This document shows, piece by piece, positions 1-12,500 of a stretch of DNA of 64,000 nucleotides. This DNA is from Tetramitus jugosus. Lineage: Eukaryota; Protista; Heterolobosea. Positions within the stretch are counted from its first letter, which is position 1. Each line of letters starts with the position of its first letter. The notes under the pieces are model-generated. The model saw nothing but the letters and a program-made list of their open reading frames with translations. It was not told where the DNA came from and did no database searches. Location of the stretch: contig OW569348.1 in the NCBI GenBank assembly GCA_937625935.1, positions 62,001 through 126,000 of the forward strand. Direction: 5' to 3'. Position numbers and translations under genes: made by a program.

Positions 1-278
1 CAAAGGCCAATGTAATTGATGTGCCAGTTCCAAAGATGACCATGGAAATTCGTGAAAGTGTGGTGAAGATGATGAAACGTAATGCAGAGAATGCAAAGGA
101 GAGAATCAGAGGTGTGAGAAGAGATGGCATGAATGCCATCAAAAAGATTAAGAATGCACCAAAGGACGATGTGTTCAAGCTAGAGAAGGAGATGCAAATT
201 GTGACAGACGAGTACATTAAGAAGATTGATGACTTGTTGGCCGCAAAGGAAAAGGAAATTTTGCAAAACTCTCAATAA
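1..278 (+). CDS. Ribosome recycling factor (organellar/mitochondrial), C-terminal part; 5' end outside window
   Basis: VPVPKMTMEIR...AENAKERIRGVRRDGMNAIKK...DDVFKLEKEMQIVTDEYIKKIDDLLAAKEKEIL matches the RRF C-terminal helices; frame open to window start. Confidence 0.9.
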   Translation, partial: KANVIDVPVPKMTMEIRESVVKMMKRNAENAKERIRGVRRDGMNAIKKIKNAPKDDVFKLEKEMQIVTDEYIKKIDDLLAAKEKEILQNSQ

Positions 279-494
279 AACAAACTCTTACCACATGTGA
301 TGCCAGTCAAAAACAGTAGTTTCCGGCGATTCATGAACCGTCGCAATAATACCATTCAACGAATCAATGCATTTTTCCGCATTTTAATTTCAAATGTCAT
401 CTGGCCATTCGTCTTGTGTTGTTGATTGAGCTCAACAGTCATAAAAACAAACGACGACGAACGACATCAACAACATCAACAATATCCACCAACA

Positions 495-1187
495 ATGTAC
501 GACAACGAAGGTGCTCTCGTTCTATCGACCAAACAAAAACGAATCCGATTGGCCATCTGTTGCTCTCTGTTCCTCGCGTTTGCATTCGTCATCTGTGTCA
601 TCATTGTCATCTTGGTGTTGTTTATTCCACGTGCTCCAACCTTGAACATCGCAGCTGGTAATGTTCAAGTCGACTCGTTCAATATACAGTACTGTCCCAG
701 TGCCGATGGAAACGACTGTTGTGCCGATATTAACACTTGTCAATTCGACGTGCTCAATGCGACAAATAGTTTGTCGTTTCATCAAGTGTTTTATGTCAAG
801 GTCCAGAATCCAAATCTTCTCTACCTGAAAGTCAATAATATTCAAGTGACAGTGACATTGGATGGTGGTGAAGTTGCGAGTGGTACGATACCTGATCAGA
901 GAGTGAAACAGAGGACGACTCAAGATTTAAAAGTGCCTGTTGACTGGGGAGCTGCCGTATTGAGTGAAAATTGGAAGAGTCTCATGTGCAAGTTGAGCGA
1001 TTCGGCGAATGCTGACAAGTCAGTGGAAGTAGGTGTGAAATTGTCCGCCAAGGTCAAGTACTTTGCTGTTCCGTTGAGAACGAGCTTCTCTACGGAGATG
1101 AGAATTATGGATTTGAAGACTCTTTGTGAAAAGATGCCCAACGGTTGTGCTATCACACCTACCTATAGGCCAACGATCTGTACATAA
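495..1187 (+). CDS. Single-pass membrane protein with LEA_2 (NDR1/HIN1-like) domain
   Basis: First ATG at 495; N-terminal TM helix ending in PRAP; V-x-NPN motif (VKVQNPNLL); beta-rich Cys-containing ectodomain. Confidence 0.7.
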   Translation: MYDNEGALVLSTKQKRIRLAICCSLFLAFAFVICVIIVILVLFIPRAPTLNIAAGNVQVDSFNIQYCPSADGNDCCADINTCQFDVLNATNSLSFHQVFYVKVQNPNLLYLKVNNIQVTVTLDGGEVASGTIPDQRVKQRTTQDLKVPVDWGAAVLSENWKSLMCKLSDSANADKSVEVGVKLSAKVKYFAVPLRTSFSTEMRIMDLKTLCEKMPNGCAITPTYRPTICT

Positions 1188-1427
1188 TAAAAATGGAAAG
1201 CATGTGTTTTTTGAAGGTTTTCGTGTGACAGCGTTATGGCTGTATCTTGATAAATGGAAGGGATCTGTTATTCTATGCACAAAGCCAATCATTTTCCATT
1301 CCAAGCTCTGAAATCACACGTTGAAGAACCTCAATGTGCCAATACATCTGATCTGTCGTAGAACTAGAAACTTTTTTCTCCGCGTTCACTGAAATAATTG
1401 AACACACAAAACAAACAATTGAAAAAA

Positions 1428-2252
1428 ATGAAACGAAACCTTGATGGTAGGAATTGGGAGAAACAAGTTCTCGCAGAAAAGTTAAAATCACTCACTGATA
1501 AATCCAAGAACAACAAGCTTCTGTTCTCTCAGTTTGATGAAGCTTCATCTTTTCGCCCATTCGACAATAAGCGCCAAAAAAATTTCCGAAACGATGATCC
1601 CGCCAAAAATCTTTACGAAAAGTATGGTCACATGTGGAAGCGAAGTGCGCGCGACACTGAAGACAAGATTTTTGGATGGAATGGTGGCGGTCAAGACAAT
1701 CAACAACATGGTGAACAACAAGAGGAAGACGAAGAGGATGCCTTCTTCTTGGATCCCACAAAGGAAACACACAAAAAAGTGTTAGCTCAAAACCAAAAGC
1801 TTGTCAAGCAAGATTTCAAGTCTTTCCATTCCTATAGGTCATCCAACAGGCAACAAACACAAGAGCTACAGCAACAAGAACAAAAGCCAAATCAACAGCA
1901 TAAGCGCTTTGACAAACCAGGAACGAGTGATGCATCCACTCCATCGTCATCAGTGTCTTCATCTGCTGCGACAACCGTGACGAATACCTTCATGCCCTAC
2001 GACAACAAGAACTTTTGGGGTGCTGGTGGTGAGTATCAACCTCACTTTGAGAAGCGTGAAAAGGTAAAGTATGGAAGAGCGGTATGCACACCTAAATATG
2101 CTGAAATGGTAGCTCTGGATCCAAAGAATTGGAGGAGCAATGTCAACTTTTTACCGATCCCGAACAGCAAGAACAAGTTTCTTCAAGTGATTGCAAAGAA
2201 GAAGCGAAAAATGGCTCAACAAAAGAATCAGCAATCAACAAATAGAAAATAA
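1428..2252 (+). CDS. Hypothetical basic, low-complexity protein (possibly nucleolar)
   Basis: 274-aa ORF after an A-rich leader; AATAAA at the stop; K-rich NLS-like C-terminus; family not recognised. Confidence 0.55.
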   Translation: MKRNLDGRNWEKQVLAEKLKSLTDKSKNNKLLFSQFDEASSFRPFDNKRQKNFRNDDPAKNLYEKYGHMWKRSARDTEDKIFGWNGGGQDNQQHGEQQEEDEEDAFFLDPTKETHKKVLAQNQKLVKQDFKSFHSYRSSNRQQTQELQQQEQKPNQQHKRFDKPGTSDASTPSSSVSSSAATTVTNTFMPYDNKNFWGAGGEYQPHFEKREKVKYGRAVCTPKYAEMVALDPKNWRSNVNFLPIPNSKNKFLQVIAKKKRKMAQQKNQQSTNRK

Positions 2253-2466
2253 ATATTTATTTGCCATCGACTCTCATACTTTTCGAAGTCTTTTGTGAAC
2301 ATGAAAATACAAAGGTTATTTTGTAATGATTTTTCTTGATGGAACTTGAAGTGAACAGTAGATCTGTCAGGAGCGGAGTAATCAACCTGTCAGCAGTTGG
2401 CATGATCAGAAGTGTTCGGAGTCATGAAACAACAATCAACTCACAGCTCAAGAAAACAATCAGAGA

Positions 2467-4536
2467 ATGCACACGGAAGAGGAAGAGATTGCTCCATCAC
2501 ACGAGTACGTGATACTCATGTTACCCAACGACATCAAGAGAGAAATTTTGAGTTTTATGCCCAGTCTGAGCCTGAATCGCTTCCAGAATGGATTCTTGAA
2601 CAGAAACGCACTGTTTCCTCCTGATCCTTGCATTACACCGGCAGCCGAGATGGAAACGATCATGTCTCCAGCCAATTATTCTGTAAATTATCACCGGCTC
2701 ATTCGCTTATTGTACGGCTACTTTGCTGATGAATCTGCTCTGTTGTTGGATGACCAAAGCCAAAAAGAAGAAGGAACAGCAGCAGTACCTCGTCGTCAAA
2801 AGAACTTTTTTCTCATCTTTCCGAGTATTGATCTCACAGTCTACAATGGCAAGGGAGACTTCATGACCATTTTCACCGATGAATACGTGCAACGAGTGGT
2901 TCCATGGTACCAGATCAAGAGTCTCACTGTAGCACCAGGTCATCACCAACATCATGAACGTCTCACAAGTCATTGCTTGGGCAGGAGGCGATCCGATAGC
3001 AATACTTGGCCCATCTTCCCTCATCTCCATCACTTGTCACTGCTCGGCAATGCTAATGTCAATGATCAGATTATTGATTCAATCATTTACCAGTTTCCCA
3101 ATCTGAAACATGTGAATATATCAGGTACTGGATGTTCCTATCGTTCGGTTGTCAGCTTGTTGCAACTCAACAGATACAAATCTGTTCAATCAAATGCTAT
3201 ATGGGGCATGTCCGTCAAGGAGCATCACATGGAAGAGTTGTTGTTGTTGAATGAGGACTCAACAATCGAAACCTCCTCGGTCAGTTCAGGTCCGCACTAC
3301 TCACTGTTGAATGAACAACAGCAGGAACCTATTTTGACAGATCTAGAGTTGCACAGAAATCAAGTTGGAGGTGGAGTCGCTCACATCTTGAACAAGTTCC
3401 GCAATTTGAAAACGTTGAGAATAGGTCATAACCAATTAACGGATCTCGATTTGGAAAAGGCCACAGTTGTAGAGCCGCGTGACGACAAGAATTCTCTGAA
3501 ATTGTTGGACTTGGGAGAAAATGGATCAATTGGAGATCGAGGCATTGAAATGATCATGGCATCTCCCATCTTCCTCAATCTGACTTCTCTGAGTGTGGCA
3601 GAGTGCTCAATCTCTGACTCATCTGTTGGGCTGTTGCTCTCTGGATTGAAGAAATTGAAGAGAATAGACATCTCGAGCAACGAACTTCTCACGTACAAGA
3701 GTATTTTGGAGTTGGACAATTGCCACAATCGAAATCTTTCTTATTTCAATGCTTCTTGCAATCCCAACATTTTCGCCAACACTCACCACATTCCAGATAT
3801 TGCGAAGAGCATGTTTAACATTCAAATTGAGCAATACATTCTACTCGGAAGTGAATTGGACGATAATTTGTTTATCGAGCTCAATAGACTCAGTTCTCTT
3901 CATAATAACAAGAAACTCCAAATTGGACAATTGCACTTGGACGATAACCCTGGTTTGACAATTAGAGGAGTATCTGAATTGTTGAATGTGTGTGATCCAT
4001 CAAGTTTGAGTAGTTTGCTGTTAGATGGTTGCAAGGATGCCCTGACACCCGATGACATGATTTCAACCCAAATGATTGCTCGACAATTTAATTCAATGAC
4101 CAGACTAAGTCACCTGGATCTAACAAGAGTCAGAGGATGTACCGACGAGTTCGCGACATTGATCATTCTGAATAATCACAAGCTAAAAGCTCTAGGAATG
4201 TCACACACAAGAGTGGGAGACGCTTTCCTTAGAGCATTGGCACATCTGGAACGACAAAGCTCTCAATCACTATCGCTCGATCGCCTCAATCTAAAGTTCA
4301 ACAGAAAGATCACATCTGACGCTGTCTGTGATCTCATTCAATCTAACCGAACGCTAAATCTCATTGATATCGAAGGTATGATGATGGATCAGGATGTTCT
4401 AGAAACCTTGAGTGAAAACCAGAACGAGAATCGGTTTGTCACAATCGATGGCTCAGTCAAGTTCGAAACAGCACAAACATTCAGACAACTGATTGAGAAC
4501 AACTTTTGCTTCCGCAGATGCAGTATCTTTTATTAA
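2467..4536 (+). CDS. F-box-like/leucine-rich repeat (RNI-like) protein
   Basis: N-terminal LPNDIKREILSFM resembles an F-box start; many LxxLxLxxN repeats (LKTLRIGHNQL, LKLLDLGENGSI, LKRIDISSNELL). Confidence 0.8.
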   Translation: MHTEEEEIAPSHEYVILMLPNDIKREILSFMPSLSLNRFQNGFLNRNALFPPDPCITPAAEMETIMSPANYSVNYHRLIRLLYGYFADESALLLDDQSQKEEGTAAVPRRQKNFFLIFPSIDLTVYNGKGDFMTIFTDEYVQRVVPWYQIKSLTVAPGHHQHHERLTSHCLGRRRSDSNTWPIFPHLHHLSLLGNANVNDQIIDSIIYQFPNLKHVNISGTGCSYRSVVSLLQLNRYKSVQSNAIWGMSVKEHHMEELLLLNEDSTIETSSVSSGPHYSLLNEQQQEPILTDLELHRNQVGGGVAHILNKFRNLKTLRIGHNQLTDLDLEKATVVEPRDDKNSLKLLDLGENGSIGDRGIEMIMASPIFLNLTSLSVAECSISDSSVGLLLSGLKKLKRIDISSNELLTYKSILELDNCHNRNLSYFNASCNPNIFANTHHIPDIAKSMFNIQIEQYILLGSELDDNLFIELNRLSSLHNNKKLQIGQLHLDDNPGLTIRGVSELLNVCDPSSLSSLLLDGCKDALTPDDMISTQMIARQFNSMTRLSHLDLTRVRGCTDEFATLIILNNHKLKALGMSHTRVGDAFLRALAHLERQSSQSLSLDRLNLKFNRKITSDAVCDLIQSNRTLNLIDIEGMMMDQDVLETLSENQNENRFVTIDGSVKFETAQTFRQLIENNFCFRRCSIFY

Positions 4537-4584
4537 GAATAAAAAATGCATTCAACTTTCAAGCATTACTTTACAATTCCTTTG

Positions 4585-5013
4585 TTAAAGTGCCTCTTCA
4601 ACTATCATTTTTGGCGCACGATACGCAGTGACACACAATGAAAGTGCAATTCCAAGAGCTCCAAAAGCAATCAGAGGACTAGCCTTTGTTCTCTTTGAAC
4701 ACAACAGCATCCAGCCAATCACAATCAATAGACCCAAATTTTCTCTGCCATACTCTGTCGAGCTGTCAAACGTCATCTGAGCCACAAGGCGCGAAACCAA
4801 AAAGAGTGAGCAGAGAGCGGCGACCAGCAAACTGCTGATACGAGATTTCCCGTCCGCTACCGAGAACACGACTCTGCCAAAGCACGAAACACCTGCGAGC
4901 AAATAAACAGACAACCACAGTAGCATATCGTTGTCATTCAATTGAAGATATGCAGCATAGGCAAAGAAACCTGTCATGACAATATTGGCCAAGGATAGAA
5001 CGTTCATGGTCAT
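4585..5013 (-). CDS. TMEM220-like membrane protein
   Basis: AAYLQLNDND..LW..VY and E.GRENLGL.I...W motifs; four hydrophobic segments; ATG at 5013. Confidence 0.7.
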   Translation of the reverse strand: MTMNVLSLANIVMTGFFAYAAYLQLNDNDMLLWLSVYLLAGVSCFGRVVFSVADGKSRISSLLVAALCSLFLVSRLVAQMTFDSSTEYGRENLGLLIVIGWMLLCSKRTKASPLIAFGALGIALSLCVTAYRAPKMIVEEAL

Positions 5014-5352
5014 AATATGTGAGTTCTGGTAGTGAGTGAGTGATGGGTAGTCGTTGTTTTTTAGTGAGTTGGTTTTGGTTGGTGGTTTTTTGTGAGGGAT
5101 TTTCACCAGGCGGGATTTTATGATTCAGTCCAGATTTGGTTTGACAGCCAAGCACACCACAACTAGTTTCAATGGAAGTGTGAAACAGAGTAGAAATGGA
5201 CGGATAATGGAGTGTATATGATTGTTTGAATCTCCAGTTGTCTACTTGGTTTGGTTGCCCAACAATAGAGATGAAACATGCAGTTCAGGGGTCCCCTGAA
5301 CAATCTACGATAAAACGCCAAAAACGAAGACACACATTTTCCTTGACATCAA

Positions 5353-5781
5353 ATGTATTTCTATGTTACTAGATTTCCAGGTGATCCCAATGTGGCTATG
5401 TTCAACAGTCATTGTCAAAATGTGATCTTACTGGACAAGATGAAACAGAGCTTGAATTTGATCGAGTTTGATATCATTGACTTGATCAATGTTCAAACAA
5501 AGGAGTGCTACATGCTTCAGACTAACCAAACGGGGTATGCAAACGAGGTATTGAATACAGGTGGAGAATACCTAGTGTGCAGCGTCAAGTATGAGAGAAC
5601 AAAAGTTGACGAAGAAGAGCTAAAGAAGAAGAAGAAGAAGCTACCAGACACCGTTGTTGACGGTTATGAGGTAAAGATTGTGTTTGAGTCTGCTGATTTA
5701 CTTCACCCTGACTCGATCGACTTCTCAAAGATCGTGCCCTACAATCCCACGGGAAGAAAGAGCAGAAGCAACAAGAAGTGA
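5353..5781 (+). CDS. Small hypothetical protein, weakly CXorf65/C22orf15-like
   Basis: 142-aa ORF; N-terminal F..N..C...ILLD.MK followed by IDL resembles that family; poly-Lys tract. Confidence 0.4.
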   Translation: MYFYVTRFPGDPNVAMFNSHCQNVILLDKMKQSLNLIEFDIIDLINVQTKECYMLQTNQTGYANEVLNTGGEYLVCSVKYERTKVDEEELKKKKKKLPDTVVDGYEVKIVFESADLLHPDSIDFSKIVPYNPTGRKSRSNKK

Positions 5782-6043
5782 ACGGAGAAATATCAGCTAT
5801 TCTTGGTGCAATTTTTCAGATTCTGCGAAAAAGTGAAAGTTCCTCCATCACAATAAAAACGCGGACAGCTGAACACTTTATCAAAAGGCAAATAAAAAAA
5901 ATTGTCATAAAACACAACAACAACGAAAATCGCTTTTTTTTCGATTGCTGTCTGTTTATGATCTTTTAGCGCTAAAACAACAACAACCAACAAACCAACG
6001 AAATAATATAAAAAAACGATAATTGTGAATACAGAAAAACATC

Positions 6044-8520
6044 ATGTCCATTTTCTACAAATTCAAAGCAGCAAAAAATTATGATACCATCAGCTTTGAT
6101 GGCGCAACCAGTGGTCTCATTCTATCATCACTCAAATCTGCAATTTTACAACAGAAAAAAGTCAAGAGCTCTGATTTTGACCTTGTGATCGAAAATGCTC
6201 AAACAGGTATGTTGACAAACACACTAGTTTTTTTTTGGTATACACAAAACACATTGACTCACACTTTTATTTTTTTATTCCATCTCAATAGGCTCTATTT
6301 ATCAAGAAAGTGAAATTGTTCCCAAGAACACATCAGTCATTGTCAAGCGTGTTCCAGCAGCCAGTAAACCACTTGGTAGTCAACAACAAGCAGCATTGAA
6401 CGCTGCCAATGCCAGTGGATCTATGCCTCCGAAACCAAGGTCATTTACACTGATCAACAATCACAACAATAACTCCTCTTCTGGTGGTGGTGGTGGTGGT
6501 GCAATGGGCGCAAGTGGAGGTGGTGGTGGCGAAGGAGATGATGAAGATTCGAGATTGAATGCAATGATGTACGGTGGAATGAACGATTGGATTCCAGAGA
6601 CTCAAAAATCAATGATTATTCAATCAAATTTCAACAAAATGATACCGAACAAACCACCTCCATCCAACTACCTGTGTCATCGTTGTGGAAAACCAGGTCA
6701 CTATATTCAGAATTGTCCAACGAATGGAGATCCTCGATTCAATATTGCGAGAGGCACCAATGGTATTCCAACGAGCATGTTGAAGCGAGTGGAGGGACCA
6801 GGTGGCACAGAAAAGGGTGTCCTAAAGACAAAGGGAGGTGATTATGTCGTGATGCAGGCAAGTGAGAGTGATTTCGAGAAGGCACTGTCTGGTGATAAGT
6901 TGTCTGCAGTTGACGCTGTTGCTCAGACACCAAAGATTTTATTGTGCAATATTTGTGGTAAAATTATGGAGAATGCTGTTACGATTCCATGTTGTAAGAC
7001 CAATTTTTGTGATTCATGTATGTAATTGACTATTTTTTAGCATGTGTGAGATGTTTTGGTGTTTTTCGTTTGATTTGAATAATATATTGACTCATTTGTT
7101 GCTTTTTCACATCTACTTAGGTATCACTCATAAGCTGATTGATGAAACTCGCCGTGTGTGCCCAGTTTGCGAGACACCAAACGTTCTATTGGATGAAATC
7201 AAGGCCAACAAACTGATTCGAAATGCAGTTGACGAATGGAAGATGAATGGCTCCATTTCTAATCCTGCTGTGCTTCAGTTAATGCGAGAATCCAACGCAT
7301 CTGAACAAAAAAAGGACGAAGATCAATCCATGACAGATATTCCAGGAGATTCCTCTGCTGCAATCCAACAACAGTCAAATGTGGTACCTAATGGACAGGA
7401 GACATTTGGTCAACCAATTCCTACCGGAGAAATCGATGTCGATCGATACCAAAATAAGCCATCTCAACAGCGTTCATACAAAGGAAAAGATCAGCAAAAG
7501 AGAAAGAGAGGCAACGGCGGTGCTGGTAGCAGAGACTCCCACCAGGACTATCAACCTGACTCCAAACGCAGAAGATCGAGCCCTGATGATAGAAAATACA
7601 GAGATGATGACTATAGAAGAGGACGGTCACCAGAATCTGCGAGAAGAGATGATCGCAGCGGTCGATCTTCCAGAAAAGATGGCTACAATGATGATGAGAG
7701 AAGAGGAGACAAGTATGCTGACAAATCCTCATCTAGAGGAGACAGACATAGAGAAAGATCACCATATGAAGACAGATATTATAGTCGTGACAGGTATGAT
7801 GATAGATATTCTTCTAGTAGATATAGGGACGATAGATCGAGAGTCGATGAAAGAAGAAGCGATAGAAGAGATGACAGAAGAGACGAGAGAAAGGATGAGA
7901 GAAAGAGTGATCGAAGAGACGATACAAGAGATGAGGAAAGAAGAGATAGAAGAAGAGATGACGCCAAAGACGAGAGAGGAGGAAATGATGATCACAGAAG
8001 TGAAAGGAGAAGCGAGCACAAGGATGAAGAAAGAAAAAGTGAAGAAAAACCGGAAGAGCGAAAGGAAGTTAGATTATCATCATCCTCCTCTGATCAAAAA
8101 GAAGTCCAAAAATTGCCTTCACCTGAAAGTAGAGATGAACGCCGTAGAGACTCCTCTCGCGACAATGGCAATAGAGGTAGTAAAGGTGGTGATAAAGCCT
8201 CTTCTTCCAATGAAAGTCGCCAATCGGACAAGAGGGGCGATAACAAACAGAGGGCATCCAAATCCGATCGAGGTGAAAGTTCATTCATCATCCGAACTGA
8301 TGCCAGTAGATCTTCATCTTCTAATTCTCGTCGCGTTGTAGAAGTCATGGACAAGAATACCCCTAAATCTAACAGCAAGAACAACAGAAGAAACAGAGGA
8401 GGAAATGCAAACACCGACCAGAGCACCAACAATAAAAACGAGATCACCAGAAAAGTGTTTGTTGTACAGGATGGTAGCAATGGTGGTGGTAACAACAACA
8501 AGAAGGGTAGAAGACACTGA
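6044..8520 (+). CDS. RBBP6: RBBP6/Mpe1-like E3 ligase and 3'-end processing factor (DWNN, zinc knuckle, RING, RD/RS-rich tail); exons 6044-6206, 6292-7017, 7121-8520
   Basis: SIFYKFKAAK...IVPKNTSVIVKRVP DWNN; YLCHRCGKPGHYIQNCPTNGD knuckle; CNIC...PCC...FCDSC...CPVC RING; both GTATGT..AG introns restore the frame. Confidence 0.93.
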
Positions 8521-8825
8521 AGATGCATTGGAACTCCAAAGGTATAGTATGATACAAACAAGGCAATCAATATTTTGTAAATAAAAAATTTTTCGCCCTA
8601 AAAAATCGAGTGGCCAACTCCTGGAGAAACAATTTTTTGGTCTATCAAAGAGTCATAGCCAAGCTCCCAAGATAACAGGAATTCTCAAACTCACTCTATC
8701 ACCTGTGCAATAGTAAGCACCTGTATCAATTCTTGATAAATAAAAAGCGAGAAACCAGTTATTGTTTTTGTTGCTTGATACAACCATTATTCGCTACCAG
8801 GTGTCGTCAACTACGCATTTATTTC

Positions 8826-9362
8826 ATGACTGACAGCTGTAGTTACGAAAATTCATTCGAGAATGGCGATGGAGAGTCGGTCAGGGAACCAAGAAACGAA
8901 TCGTCACACTCCGAAACACCAGTCAACCAGAACACCAGAAGTTCGAGCGTTGATACAGTAAAGTCAATCAGGATTCGGGTAAAATCTCTGAAAACTACTC
9001 CAGATACACCTAGTACTTCGTGTTGGTCACCTTTCAGTAGTATGGATTCTTCCTCGTTGTCAAACGGATCTCTCGGATCTGTTACGTCGGTTGGTCAATT
9101 CATATCTAGTTCCTCCTCGAATCACACATTTAGTCCCAGTCACATCAAGCGTTTTGGAGGAGTTCTCACTCCTTCACCACACTCGCGACTCGATAGAGTT
9201 TCTAGGAAAGAGAAACTTCGTAAGAAGATGACGAGAATGAAGCCAAATGTCATGGTTTCCAAAGTGAAGGAAAGAATGAACGACTTCTTTGAAACTGTAG
9301 AAGACTTGGTCAAGTACAGATTCACTTTGCGAGCAGCCACATCCCCCACATCCAATACCTAA
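8826..9362 (+). CDS. Hypothetical Ser-rich protein
   Basis: 178-aa ORF from ATG 8826; low complexity; no recognised domain. Confidence 0.4.
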   Translation: MTDSCSYENSFENGDGESVREPRNESSHSETPVNQNTRSSSVDTVKSIRIRVKSLKTTPDTPSTSCWSPFSSMDSSSLSNGSLGSVTSVGQFISSSSSNHTFSPSHIKRFGGVLTPSPHSRLDRVSRKEKLRKKMTRMKPNVMVSKVKERMNDFFETVEDLVKYRFTLRAATSPTSNT

Positions 9363-9597
9363 GAATTATTCCGCGAAAGATTTTTGAGGCGCCTACAACT
9401 GTTGTAAGAAACATCATCTGTCAAAACGTGCACCTGTCACTTGACCATGATGGCCCATATTTTTTGTCCCGATTCGTTGCATCGTTCTCTGGCCCATCTT
9501 CTGCTCAGCATCACCTAAAACCGACTCTTCTAGTGCAGCAAAACAAACAAACAAACAACACCAACATCACCTACTCCTCACTCGTGTGATCACACAG

Positions 9598-12500
9598 ATG
9601 TCTCAACAAGAATTATTTGAGAGATATAAGCGAGACTTGCGTCAGGAGTCTTGTGATGATTTGATTGTGTTGAAAGAACCAACAGACACAAACATTACTG
9701 ATATTCTAAAGAACAGGTTCGACAATGACAACATCTATGTACGTTTCTTACAACTACGATGAGAACAAAAAACAGCTCATTGTTTTTTTGTGTGTGTGTA
9801 TGTGTTGAGAAAAACAGTTGACTGACTCGCAACAACAATAACAATTTTTTTTTTCGATGACACATGAATTATAACAAACAACAAACGAATCACATATGAT
9901 TGTGTAGACATACTTGGGCTCCACACTTGTCAGTGTGAATCCATACAAGAAGACGCATCACTATGGAGCTGATGTCGTCAACTTTTTTCACACGCATCAA
10001 CCATTCAGCGTAGCTCCTCACTTGTATTCTTTGGCTGAAGATGCGTTCCGTACCATGAAGGAAACCGGTATTGGTCAAACAATTATCATTAGTGGTGAGA
10101 GTGGTGCTGGTAAAACAGAGGCCGCTAGAATCATGATGGACTATTTGGCCAAGGTGTCTGTCAGTGGTTTGCTCACTGAGAACATTAAGAGAATTATTTT
10201 GGGAAGTAATGATGTGTTGGAAGCTTTTGGTAACGCAAAGACATTACGTAACGATAACTCTTCTCGTTTTGGTCGATTTGTTGACATGTATGTGTTTGTT
10301 TGTCTGTTTGTCTGTTTAGCTCTGTGAGGCTCTTGAGCTTTTTTGTATTGGATGGGGTGCAAAGCTTTTTGGTGTTGCTTTTTGCCGTTGACTTTTTTCT
10401 TTGGTGTGGTGATTGCATATGCTAACATTTGACTGTCTCTTCCTGAACCTGCCTGTAGGTTTTATAATTTCAAGGGACACATGGAGGGTGCTCACATTAC
10501 AACTTCTTTGCTCGAAAAGAGCAGAGTTGTTTCCCAGAGGGACGGCGAGCGAAACTTTCACATTTTTTATCAAATGTGCGAAGGTGCGGATGATTTGCTG
10601 AGGAAACAGTTGCACCTTGAACCAGCAAAGAACTTCAAGTATCTGTGCCCTAGAAAGGGTGCTGATATCAGCATCAAGGGAGCAACGGATAGAGACGGAT
10701 TCCGCATCACTCAAAACTCAATGACTGAAGCAGGTATCTCCATGAACGAACGTATTGAGATTTATCGTTTGTTGGCCGGTATTTTGCACTTGGGTAATTT
10801 GGAGTTCAAGGAGGAACTCAAGGAGAACAAGGAGTGTTCCGTGATTACGAACAGTGAAACTTCATTAAAGTATGCTGCTCAGTGCCTTCAAGTCGAAGCC
10901 GATACACTGAGAGATTGCATCTTGTACAGAACAGTGAAGATTGGTAAGGAAGTGATCAAGCAGACACAGCCTCCAGCAAAGGCCATTTTCAACAGAGATG
11001 CTCTCGCCAAGGGTATTTATGAACGTTTGTTCCAATGGTTGATCCGTAGAATCAACGCTGCGGTCAAGAGACCGGATGACGCGCGATTTACGATTGGTTT
11101 GTTGGATCTGTACGGATTTGAGATTTATAATAAGCCAGATATCAATTCGTTGGATCAATTGAATATTAATTATGTGAATGAAAAGCTTCAGGAACAGATT
11201 CAGAGATGGCTCATGAATGAACAACACGAGTATGTGAATGAAGATGTGCCATGGAAGATGAAGAACTTTGACATGTCGAGTGTTGAGGAGTGCTTGAGAG
11301 TCATTGAAGCGAAGCCACTTGGTCTCTATTCCCTGTTGGATGAAGAATCGTTGATGCCAAAGGGTACAGATGAGAATTACTTGAACAAGGTGAAGCAGGC
11401 ATTCCATGAAAAGTCTTCTGCATTTGAGTCATCCAGATTCAAGGGCAGTAACTTCAACATCAATCACTTTGCATGTAAAGTAACATATGATGTCACCGAT
11501 TGGGTCGAAAAGAATCGTGACACATTATTTGAGGACTTGATCTTGGGCATGAGATCCTCAAACAGTGAATTGTTGAAGCAACTGTTTCCAAAGGACGAGA
11601 GAATTGCACTCGGTGGTAGGATGCAAACAACAACTTCTCAACACTTCCAATCCGATGTGAGAGGATTGATTGGTAAGTTGGCCAACAAGAAGCACTTGTA
11701 TGTCAAGTGTGTCAAACCAAATCACAACAAGTCTAATCAATTTGATGAATCTGTTGTGATGGATCAGGTGAGATACCTTGGTGTCAGTGGAAACGTGTTT
11801 GTCAGAAAGGCTGGTTATCACTTCAAGATGCCTTATGAGGAATTCTTGGATCGATACAAGTTGTGCTGTGATGCCACATGGCCTACATGGAGAGGTACTT
11901 CAAAGGCTGGCTGTCAAGAGATTCTAAAGGAAATGAAGGTGCCAAAGCACATGTACGCACTTGGTAAGAATAAGATTTTCTTGAGATCGCCTATCCAGTT
12001 GGCTGCGTTGGACGAGAAGGTTGAGTCCAGAAAGGTCGAAATGGCTACACTTATCCAAAAGAATTATAGAAAGTACAAAACCAAGCAGACAACAATGGCA
12101 CAGCAGCACTTGGCTAAAGCGCTCGGTATTACCTTCAACGAGAAGGATTTCTTGTTCAAGGAGACTGTCAGTACCATTAATTTGCATGGTCAACGAGAGA
12201 AGCGTCTATTTGTTCTAACTAAGGACGCTGCTTATGTCTTGTGTCCAAGAACATTTGCCGTACTCAGAAGAATTCCATACAACAAGATGAATAAGTTGTG
12301 CTGCTCTGCACTGAACGACGGTGTGTTCAACATTGAAATTCCAAAGACTTACGATTGCTTAATTGAAGCAGACAACAAGCATCAGGTGATGAAAGCCATC
12401 AGAGAGGCCTATGAAGGAAGCATGAAGAAGCAGATGAAGGTTGAAATCTCAGAACAATTCAAGTTCAGACCAACTGCAACCAAGCTCAAGACCTTGAAGT

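Noticed and set aside
7379-8341. 320-aa alternative-frame ORF inside RBBP6 (plus antisense ORFs)
   Set aside because: By-product of the purine-rich AGA/GAT repeats encoding the RD-rich tail; no independent protein features
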